Source: Candidatus Marinacidobacterium sp. (GTDB lineage: Bacteria > Acidobacteriota > Vicinamibacteria > Marinacidobacterales > Marinacidobacteraceae). Taken from it: a stretch of DNA of 64,000 bases. Positions 57,201 to 64,000 of this stretch are shown here, piece after piece. Where the stretch lies: assembly GCA_965204755.1 (NCBI GenBank), contig OZ242011.1, forward strand, positions 704,001 to 768,000, in the 5' to 3' direction. Each line of letters starts with the position of its first letter. Within the stretch, counting starts at the first letter, position 1. Under the pieces are notes generated by a model. That model searched no databases. It saw only the letters and a list, made by a program, of their open reading frames with translations, and was not told where the DNA came from. The position numbers and the translations under genes are program-made.

Positions 57201-58001
57201 ATGCGGAAGCGCATCGCCAGCGGGCTGGCGCTCGGGGCCGGGGCGGCGGCGCTCGCGCTCTACGCGCCGCCGCTCCTCCGGGGGGCGGCGATCCTGCTCC
57301 TCGCGCTGGCGACCGCGGTGGAGGCGGTGCGGCTGGTGTCCGGGGCGCTCTCCGGGCTCGGCGGGAGCGGCGCCGAAGACGACGACGCGCGCGCGGCGGC
57401 GCCGGTGGCGGTCGCCTCCAGTCTGGTCGTGCTCCTCGCCGCGCCGGCGGAGGCGCCCCTCTTCCGCCTGCTGCTCCTCGTGCTGCTGGGCGCCGCCGCG
57501 CTCCGCCAGCCGCGCACCGCCGCCGGGCTCGCCGGGCTCAGCGCCGCCGCGGTCGCCGGGATCTGGATCGGGACGGCGAGCGCCGCCCTCCTCGGCCTCT
57601 CGGCGGGCGAAGGCGGCGGGGAGAGGCTCTTCTTCCTGATCCTCGTGGTGGTCGTCGGCGAGGCGATGGCCTTCGCCGGCGGGAAACTCGTCGGCGGCCC
57701 GCGCCTGGCCCCGGTGCTGAGCCCGGGGAAGACCTGGGCCGGGCTCTTCGCGCAACTGCTGTTCGGCGGCGCCGCCGGGGCGCTCGCCGCGCCGCTGCTC
57801 GGCGGGCCCGGCCCTGACTCCGGGGCGCTGCTCGGCGTGCTGCTCTCCGCCGCCGCCGCCCTCGGCGACCTGTTCGCCTCGTTCTGGAAGCGCGCCTCCG
57901 GGCGGAAGGACAGCGGCAGCCTCATCCCCGGCCACGGCGGCCTGCTCGACCGGCTGGACGGCCTGCTCTTCGCCGCCCCGGCGCTGGCGGCCGCGTTGTA
58001 A
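57201..58001 (+). CDS. cdsA: Phosphatidate cytidylyltransferase
   Basis: SPGKTWAG, GDLFASFWKR..GRKDSGSLIPGHGGLLDRLD. Confidence 0.93.
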   Translation: MRKRIASGLALGAGAAALALYAPPLLRGAAILLLALATAVEAVRLVSGALSGLGGSGAEDDDARAAAPVAVASSLVVLLAAPAEAPLFRLLLLVLLGAAALRQPRTAAGLAGLSAAAVAGIWIGTASAALLGLSAGEGGGERLFFLILVVVVGEAMAFAGGKLVGGPRLAPVLSPGKTWAGLFAQLLFGGAAGALAAPLLGGPGPDSGALLGVLLSAAAALGDLFASFWKRASGRKDSGSLIPGHGGLLDRLDGLLFAAPALAAAL

Positions 58002-58025
58002 CCCGCCCGGCGGCGGTCCGAGGGG

Positions 58026-59348
58026 TCAGCCGAACAGGCCGCTCAGCAGACCGGTTTTCGAGAGGTCGAGCAGGATGACGAGGACGAAGATCGCCAGCAT
58101 CAGCGCCGCCCCGGCGATCATCAGCCCCTGGCGGACGCGGGCGCTGAGGTCGCGGCGCACCGCGGACTCGATGAGCAGCACCGCGATCTGGCCGCCGTCC
58201 AGCACCGGGATCGGGAGGAGGTTCAGGACGCCGAGGCTCAGGCTGAGCACCGCCATGAGCAGCAGCGTCTCGGTCGGCCCCCGGCGGAGCGCCTCCCCGG
58301 AGGCCTGGGCGATCCCGATGGGGCCGGAGAACTGCCGCGGCGAGGCGGAGCCCCCGACCAGCCGGCCCAACTGCTCGACGGTGAGCCGGCCCCAGCGGGC
58401 GGTCTCGACCACCGCTTCGCGGAGGGCCGCGCCGGCGGACGCCGCGCGCTGCATCCGCATCGGGGGCGCGAACTGGACGCCGATCCGGGGGAGCGGGCCG
58501 CCCTCCGGCTGCTCGACCAACTCCGGGGTGACCGGGAGCGCGAGCGTCCGGCCTTCGCGCTCGAGGGTCAGTTCGAGGGGGCGGGGCCCGGAGGCGAGGA
58601 CGATCTGCTGGACCTCGCGCACGCTGCCCACCGGGGCGCCGTCCACGCCGACGATGCGGTCGCCGGGGAGGAGGCCGGCCGCTTCCGCCGGGGTGCCTTC
58701 GCCGACCTCGCCGACGAGCGCCGGAGCCGGGGGATAGACGCCGCTGTCGCCGATGGCGTTCTCGTCGCCTTCGACCCGGACCGGGATCTCCTGCGGGGCG
58801 CCGCCGCGGTCCACCGTGAAGACCACTTCGCGGTCCGGGCGGACGGCGATGTATTCGAGGACGGCGCGCCAGTCGGCCACCGGGTCGCCGCCGAGCGCGA
58901 GGATGCGGTCGCCGGCCCGGACTCCCGCGGCGCCCGCCGGGGAATCCGCGGCGACATAGGAGACGACCGGGGGGTCGGAGAGGCCGACGCGGCGCTCGAG
59001 GCCGACCCAGAACAGGCCGGCGAGGATGAGGACGGCGAGCAGGAAGTTCATCGCCGGGCCGGCCAGCAGGATGGCGAGGCGCTCGCCGCGGGTGCGGTTT
59101 TGCAGTTCCTCCGGGTCGCCGGTGCCGCGTCCGGGGATGTCGCCGGCCATCTTCACGAAGCCGCCGAGGGGGAGGAGCCCGATGACGAAGTCGGTGGGGC
59201 CGATCCGGTGGCGGAAGATCGTCGGGGGGAAGCCGATGGAGAAGGTCTCCACCCGGACGCCGACCAGCCGGGCGACCAGGTAGTGGCCGAACTCGTGGAC
59301 GATGACGAGCGTCCCCACGACGATGACGAAGGCGATGATGGTCGTCAT
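58026..59348 (-). CDS. rseP: RIP metalloprotease RseP with two PDZ domains
   Basis: HEFGH, FSIGF, LAGPAMN, NLLPIPVLDGG. Confidence 0.95.
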   Translation of the reverse strand: MTTIIAFVIVVGTLVIVHEFGHYLVARLVGVRVETFSIGFPPTIFRHRIGPTDFVIGLLPLGGFVKMAGDIPGRGTGDPEELQNRTRGERLAILLAGPAMNFLLAVLILAGLFWVGLERRVGLSDPPVVSYVAADSPAGAAGVRAGDRILALGGDPVADWRAVLEYIAVRPDREVVFTVDRGGAPQEIPVRVEGDENAIGDSGVYPPAPALVGEVGEGTPAEAAGLLPGDRIVGVDGAPVGSVREVQQIVLASGPRPLELTLEREGRTLALPVTPELVEQPEGGPLPRIGVQFAPPMRMQRAASAGAALREAVVETARWGRLTVEQLGRLVGGSASPRQFSGPIGIAQASGEALRRGPTETLLLMAVLSLSLGVLNLLPIPVLDGGQIAVLLIESAVRRDLSARVRQGLMIAGAALMLAIFVLVILLDLSKTGLLSGLFG

Positions 59349-59398
59349 GGGATCGTCAGGGGGTCGTCAGGAGGAGGTCGGTCGGGTGCGGCGGAGGG

Positions 59399-60649
59399 TC
59401 AGGTGGCGAGGGCGGGGGCGGCGGCGCGGCGCGACGCGGCTTCGGCGGCGCGGCGGCGGCCCCAGGCGTCGGCTGCGGCCACGGCGTCGAGGCCGGTCGG
59501 CTCGGTCGGCGCGTGGGCGGCGAGAGTTTCTTCGACGACCGCCGGGATGTCCGGGAAGCGGAGGCGGCCGGCGAGGAAACCTTCGACCGCGACTTCGTTC
59601 GCCGCGTTCAGGACGGTGGGGGCGTCGCCGCCGGCTTCGAGCGCTTCGCGGGCCAGGCGGAGCGCCGGGAAGCGCGCCGGGTCGGGCGGGGAGAAGCGGA
59701 GGGCGAAGGCGCGGTCGAGGGGGAGCGGGGCTAGGCCGGTGGGGAGGCGCTCCGGCCAGGTCAGGGCGTATTGCACCGGGATCTGCATGTCGGTGACGCC
59801 GAGTTGGGCGAGGAACGAGCCGTCCGCGAACTCGACCAGCGAGTGGACGACGCTCTCCGGGTGGACGACCACCCGGATGGCGGCGGGGTCGGCGCCGAAG
59901 AGCCAGCGGGCTTCGATGGTCTCGAGGCCCTTGTTCATCATCGTGGCGGAGTCCACGGTGACCTTGGGGCCCATGTCCCAGGTCGGATGGGCGAGGGCCT
60001 GCTCCGGGGTGGCTTCTGCCATTTCCCCGAGCGTGGCCTCGCGGAAGGGGCCGCCGGAGGCGGTGAGCCAGAGGCGCAGCGGCCGGTCGCGGTCGTTCGC
60101 GTCCTGCGAGCCGAAGCCTCCCCGGCCCGCGAGGCACTGGAAGATCGCCGCGTGTTCGCTGTCCACCGGGATGAGCCGCGCGCCGGCGGCTTCGGCGGCG
60201 CGGGTCATCAGCGAGCCGGCGGCGACCAGCGACTCCTTGTTGGCGAGCCCCACGATGCGCCCGGCGCGGAGCGCGGCGAGCGTGGGCCGGAGCCCGGCGG
60301 CGCCGACGATCGCCGACATCACCACCTCCGCGCCGGGCCAGGCGGCGGCTTCCTCCAATCCCTCCGGGCCGCCGAGCACGCGGACGCCGGGGAAGCGCGC
60401 CCCGTACTCGCGGGTGAACGCCGCCGCCTCCTCCCCGCTCCCGAAGGCCGCCGCTTCCGGGCGGTGCTTCGCCACGAGGTCGGCGAACCGCTCGGTGGCC
60501 CGTCCGGCGGCCAGCGCCAGCACCCGGAACCGGTCGGGGAACCGGGCCGCCGCCCGCAGCGTGGTCGAACCGATGGAGCCGGTGGCGCCGAGGATCGAGA
60601 GGCCGCGCACCGCCGGCTCGCGGGCCGCGCCGGCGGTCGCCTCTCCCAT
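59399..60649 (-). CDS. dxr: 1-deoxy-D-xylulose 5-phosphate reductoisomerase
   Basis: LGATGSIG, LANKESLV, PVDSEH, HPTWDMGPKVTVDSATMMNKGLE. Confidence 0.96.
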   Translation of the reverse strand: MGEATAGAAREPAVRGLSILGATGSIGSTTLRAAARFPDRFRVLALAAGRATERFADLVAKHRPEAAAFGSGEEAAAFTREYGARFPGVRVLGGPEGLEEAAAWPGAEVVMSAIVGAAGLRPTLAALRAGRIVGLANKESLVAAGSLMTRAAEAAGARLIPVDSEHAAIFQCLAGRGGFGSQDANDRDRPLRLWLTASGGPFREATLGEMAEATPEQALAHPTWDMGPKVTVDSATMMNKGLETIEARWLFGADPAAIRVVVHPESVVHSLVEFADGSFLAQLGVTDMQIPVQYALTWPERLPTGLAPLPLDRAFALRFSPPDPARFPALRLAREALEAGGDAPTVLNAANEVAVEGFLAGRLRFPDIPAVVEETLAAHAPTEPTGLDAVAAADAWGRRRAAEAASRRAAAPALAT

Positions 60650-60866
60650 GGTTCCTGCCGAGCCTGCCGCCGCCGCGAAATCCGCTTTCGCCGGATTGTA
60701 GAGGCGGAACCGGCCCCCGGCGGCGCGGGTCTCCGGTCGGCGGGACTCGGTACACTTTTCGACTCGGAGCGCTGGGGCCGTAACTCGTGAGCGGAGGCCG
60801 ACCGGCGCCGGGAGCGGGGTCGGAGGAGCGGCGGATCGGGCCGCGCGGCGGGAGGCGCCGTCACGA

Positions 60867-61976
60867 ATGAAGATCGAACGACTGCGAGTCCGGGAACTCC
60901 GGCTCGAACTGAAACACGCCTTCGAGACGAGTTTCTCCCGGGTGCGGGAACAGCGGTTCCTGCTGCTCGAAGCGCGGGTGGACGGGGTCACGGCGTGGTC
61001 GGAGTGCGTGGCGGACGCCGCGCCCGGCTACTCGCCGGAGACGGTGCGGACCGCCGAGCACCTCCTCCGCGACTTCCTCTGGCCGATCGCCCGGGAAGCG
61101 GACTGGGCGCACCCGGACGAAGTGCTGCCGTCGTTCGCCGCCGTCCGGGGGCACAACATGGCGAAGGCGGCCGTCGAGATGGCGGTCTGGGACGCCTACG
61201 CCCGGCTGCGCGGGGAGTCCATCGCCGAAGCGCTCGGCGGGACGCGGGAGCGGACCGTCTCCGGGGTCTCCATCGGCGTCCAGGACTCGCCGGAGGAACT
61301 CTTCGAGAAGATCGCCCTCGAACTCGACCGGGGCTACCGGCGGATCAAGTTGAAAATCAAGCCGGGGTGGGACCTCGACATCGTGCGCCGGGTCCGCGAG
61401 CGCTTCCCGGACGCGCCGCTGATGGTGGACGCGAACAGCGCCTACACGCTCGCCGACGAGGCGCTGTTCCGGGAACTCGACCGGTTCGACCTGATGATGA
61501 TCGAGCAGCCGTTGGCCTACGACGACATCCTCGACCACGCGGCGCTCCAGGCGAAGATCGAGACGCCGATCTGCCTCGACGAGTCCGTCCGCTCGCCGGC
61601 GGACGCCCGGAAGGCGCTCGCGGCGGGGGCCTGCCGGATCATCAACATCAAGGCGGGGCGCGTGGGCGGGCTCTCCTCGGCGCGGGACATCGCGAAGATC
61701 GCCGAGGACGCCGGGGTTCCGGCGTGGTGCGGCGGGATGCTGGAGAGCGGGGTGGGGCGCGCCCACAACCTGCACCTCTCGTCGCTGTCCGGGTTCTCGC
61801 TGCCCGGCGATGTGTCCGCCTCCGACCGCTACTTCGTGGAGGAAATCATCGAGCCGCCGGTCACCGTGGAGGCCGACGGCTCGATCCCGATCCCGGCGGG
61901 GCCGGGGTTCGGGTTCGCGGTGCGGGAGGATGCGGTGAAACGCCACCAGGTCTCCGAGTTCGTCCTGGAGCGCTGA
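60867..61976 (+). CDS. menC: o-succinylbenzoate synthase / N-succinylamino acid racemase (enolase superfamily)
   Basis: KLKIKPG, DANSAY, IEQP, LDES, NIKAGRVGG, WCGGMLESG. Confidence 0.85.
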   Translation: MKIERLRVRELRLELKHAFETSFSRVREQRFLLLEARVDGVTAWSECVADAAPGYSPETVRTAEHLLRDFLWPIAREADWAHPDEVLPSFAAVRGHNMAKAAVEMAVWDAYARLRGESIAEALGGTRERTVSGVSIGVQDSPEELFEKIALELDRGYRRIKLKIKPGWDLDIVRRVRERFPDAPLMVDANSAYTLADEALFRELDRFDLMMIEQPLAYDDILDHAALQAKIETPICLDESVRSPADARKALAAGACRIINIKAGRVGGLSSARDIAKIAEDAGVPAWCGGMLESGVGRAHNLHLSSLSGFSLPGDVSASDRYFVEEIIEPPVTVEADGSIPIPAGPGFGFAVREDAVKRHQVSEFVLER

Positions 61977-61982
61977 CCGGCG

Positions 61983-64000
61983 GTGGGGAGGGCGGCTCGG
62001 GGGCGGCGCCGGCCGCTCCTCCGCCGGGCGGGAGCGGCGCTGGCGCTGGCGTCGCTGGCCGCCGGCGTTCCCGGCGCGGCGGCGGCGCAGGAGGAGTGGC
62101 CGGAGCCCTTCACGGCGCGGGAACGGCTGGCGCGGGTGCTCCGGCTGGAGGACGCCCGGTCGTTCGGGGAACTCCCGCCGGCGCCCGTCGAGGCGGAGGT
62201 TCCGGCGGAGGGTGAAGCAGCGGCCGCGGCCGCGGCGCGCCGCGCGAACGAGGCCGGCTGGCTCGGCGCCCGGGTGTTCTCCGACCCGGATCACGAAGTG
62301 CGGCGGCAGGCGGCGCTGGCGCTCGGCCGGATCGGGCGGCCGGAGGCGGTGGGGCCGCTCCTCGCCGCGGTGGCCGGGGACGAGGCCGGGGCGGTCCGGG
62401 CGGCCGCCGCCTTCGCGCTGGGGATCCTGGAAGACCCGCTTCCGCCGGAGGGGGTCGAGGGGCTCCGCGCCGCGCTCGCCGACCCCTCCGGGCTGGTGCG
62501 GGAGAAGGCCATCGAGGCGATCGGGCGCCGGGGGGGCGAGGACGCGCTGGAAGTCGTCCGCGAGTGGCTGGCCGAGCGGGTGCTGGTTACCGGTTTCGCC
62601 GGGCGCCGGGAGGATGTGGAGGCGTCCCTGCGGCGCACCGGCTGGGACGAGGCCCGGTTCGGGCTGTTCGCGCTCGCCCGGATCGCGGACGATCGGCGCG
62701 GCGAGGAGGAGGACGCCGGCGTTTCCGCCGCGGCCGCGGAAGTCCTCGGCGAGGCCGGGGTTCCCCGGACGAACTGGTGGGCCGCGGCCTGGACCGCCGC
62801 CCGGGTCGGCGGCGCGCCGCTGCTCCCGCTCCACCGGGCCTACGCGTCGCAGGACGACCCGGTCGTCCGCGCGCTGGGCGTCCGCGGACTCGGCGCGTCC
62901 GGCGAGCCGGTGGGGGAGGAGGTCGTCCTCCAACTCGGCCACCCGAACGACAGCGTGCGGATCGAGGCGGTCCGGGCGCTCCTCGCGCTGGCCGCCGCCG
63001 GGCGGGAGATGCCGGAGAACGCCGGCGCGGCGCTGCTCCAGAACCGCGCCGACCCGCTGCCGGCGGTCCGCCGGGAGGCGCTCTCCGGGCTCGCCCGCGC
63101 GCCGGCGGCGGGGGCGGCGGAAGTCCTCCTCGACGACCTGCGCTCCCCGGATCCGGAGACCCGGGCGCGGGCGCTCGCCGCTTACCGGCGCCAGGACGGG
63201 GAGGGCTTCTTCCTGCTCCTCTCCGGCTGGTCGGACCGCGACCCGCTGGGGCGGCTGCACCTTCTGCGGGAACTCTCCCGGATTCCCGACGGGCGGCTGC
63301 GGGACTTCCTCCACCAGGCCGCGGGGGACGCCGACCCCCGCGTCCGCGCGGCGGCGCTGACCGGGTTCGGCGCCCTCGAGTCCGCCCTCGCCGGGGCGGA
63401 CGCCCCCCGGTCGAACCCCCGGTCGAACGGGGCCGGGGAGGCGGAGGAAGACCCCGAAGCGGCCTTCGACGCCTCGCTGGCGGCGCTCCGGGGCGGCCTC
63501 GCCGCCGAAGACCTCCACGAACGCGCCGCCGCCGCCGGCGCCCTCCGCCGGCTCGCCGCCGAAGGGCTCCTCTCCCGGAACCGCCGGTTCGAGGCGGCCG
63601 CCGCCGTACGGGCCGCGTACGAAGCGGACGACGCCGAAGTCGCCGACTTCCGGCTCGCCGCCCTCCGGGCGCTGCTCGAACTCGGCGACCCGCCGGAGCG
63701 CCTCCGGTTCGCCGAACAGGCGCTGGCCGACCCCGCCTGGCCGGTGCGGCGCGAGGCGCACGAAGTCCTCCGCCGGGCGGGCGAGTCGCCGCCGCCCCCG
63801 GCCCCGGCGGAGACGCTCCCGGAGGAGGACTACGACGCGATGCTCCACGCGCCGTACACCCCGGTGGCCTGGATCACCACGGAGCGGGGGGAGATCGAAG
63901 TCGAACTCTTCGTCGCCGACGCGCCGCGCACCGTGACGAACTTCATCCGCCTGGCGCGGTCGGGCTTCTACGACGGCCTCGCCTTCCACCGGGTGGTTCC
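61983..64000 (+). CDS. Exported HEAT-repeat protein with C-terminal cyclophilin PPIase domain (partial)
   Basis: Manual translation: signal peptide, DPD.EVRRQAALALGRIG HEAT repeats, and at the window end ITTERGEIEVELF...APRTVTNFIRLARSGFYDGLAFHRVV in the same frame. Confidence 0.85.
   Translation, partial: MGRAARGRRRPLLRRAGAALALASLAAGVPGAAAAQEEWPEPFTARERLARVLRLEDARSFGELPPAPVEAEVPAEGEAAAAAAARRANEAGWLGARVFSDPDHEVRRQAALALGRIGRPEAVGPLLAAVAGDEAGAVRAAAAFALGILEDPLPPEGVEGLRAALADPSGLVREKAIEAIGRRGGEDALEVVREWLAERVLVTGFAGRREDVEASLRRTGWDEARFGLFALARIADDRRGEEEDAGVSAAAAEVLGEAGVPRTNWWAAAWTAARVGGAPLLPLHRAYASQDDPVVRALGVRGLGASGEPVGEEVVLQLGHPNDSVRIEAVRALLALAAAGREMPENAGAALLQNRADPLPAVRREALSGLARAPAAGAAEVLLDDLRSPDPETRARALAAYRRQDGEGFFLLLSGWSDRDPLGRLHLLRELSRIPDGRLRDFLHQAAGDADPRVRAAALTGFGALESALAGADAPRSNPRSNGAGEAEEDPEAAFDASLAALRGGLAAEDLHERAAAAGALRRLAAEGLLSRNRRFEAAAAVRAAYEADDAEVADFRLAALRALLELGDPPERLRFAEQALADPAWPVRREAHEVLRRAGESPPPPAPAETLPEEDYDAMLHAPYTPVAWITTERGEIEVELFVADAPRTVTNFIRLARSGFYDGLAFHRVV

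Overview
Very GC-rich bacterial chromosomal window. Acidobacteriota is a guess from gene content only. Two housekeeping blocks flank a ~27 kb defence island. The first block (8.6-26.9 kb) is tRNA-Leu-tig-clpP-clpX-engB-rho-rpmE-prfA-prmC, then lspA-lgt-rluD-pyrRBC. The second (53.7-64 kb) is tolC-truA-uppS-cdsA, then inverted dxr-rseP, then OSBS/NSAR and a HEAT-cyclophilin gene. The island (26.9-53.6 kb) has a DISARM-related three-gene backbone on the minus strand: a DrmD-like SNF2 ATPase, a 1791-aa type IIG-like adenine methyltransferase, and an 1820-aa DEAH helicase-DUF1998-Vsr-like nuclease fusion. There is no DrmC. The backbone is interrupted by ~9.5 kb of cargo: three paralogous XRE-HTH/ImmA-IrrE metallopeptidase genes (one with a broken HEXXH), a PIN gene plus a PIN remnant, a trypsin-like protease, a Schlafen/AlbA protein, an orphan multi-ubiquitin protein and a membrane protein. 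Upstream of the operon is a non-coding region with two helically phased repeat arrays (11x GAATTGTGTATAG and 10x CGGATCG). The window also holds an intact IS1634 with TIRs and target duplication, two 221-bp MITE-like elements, and a vapBC pair with its operator. Host genes appear to avoid ACGT and AGCT, which marks out recently acquired segments. All calls come from reading the sequence and from motif recall; no database searches were run.
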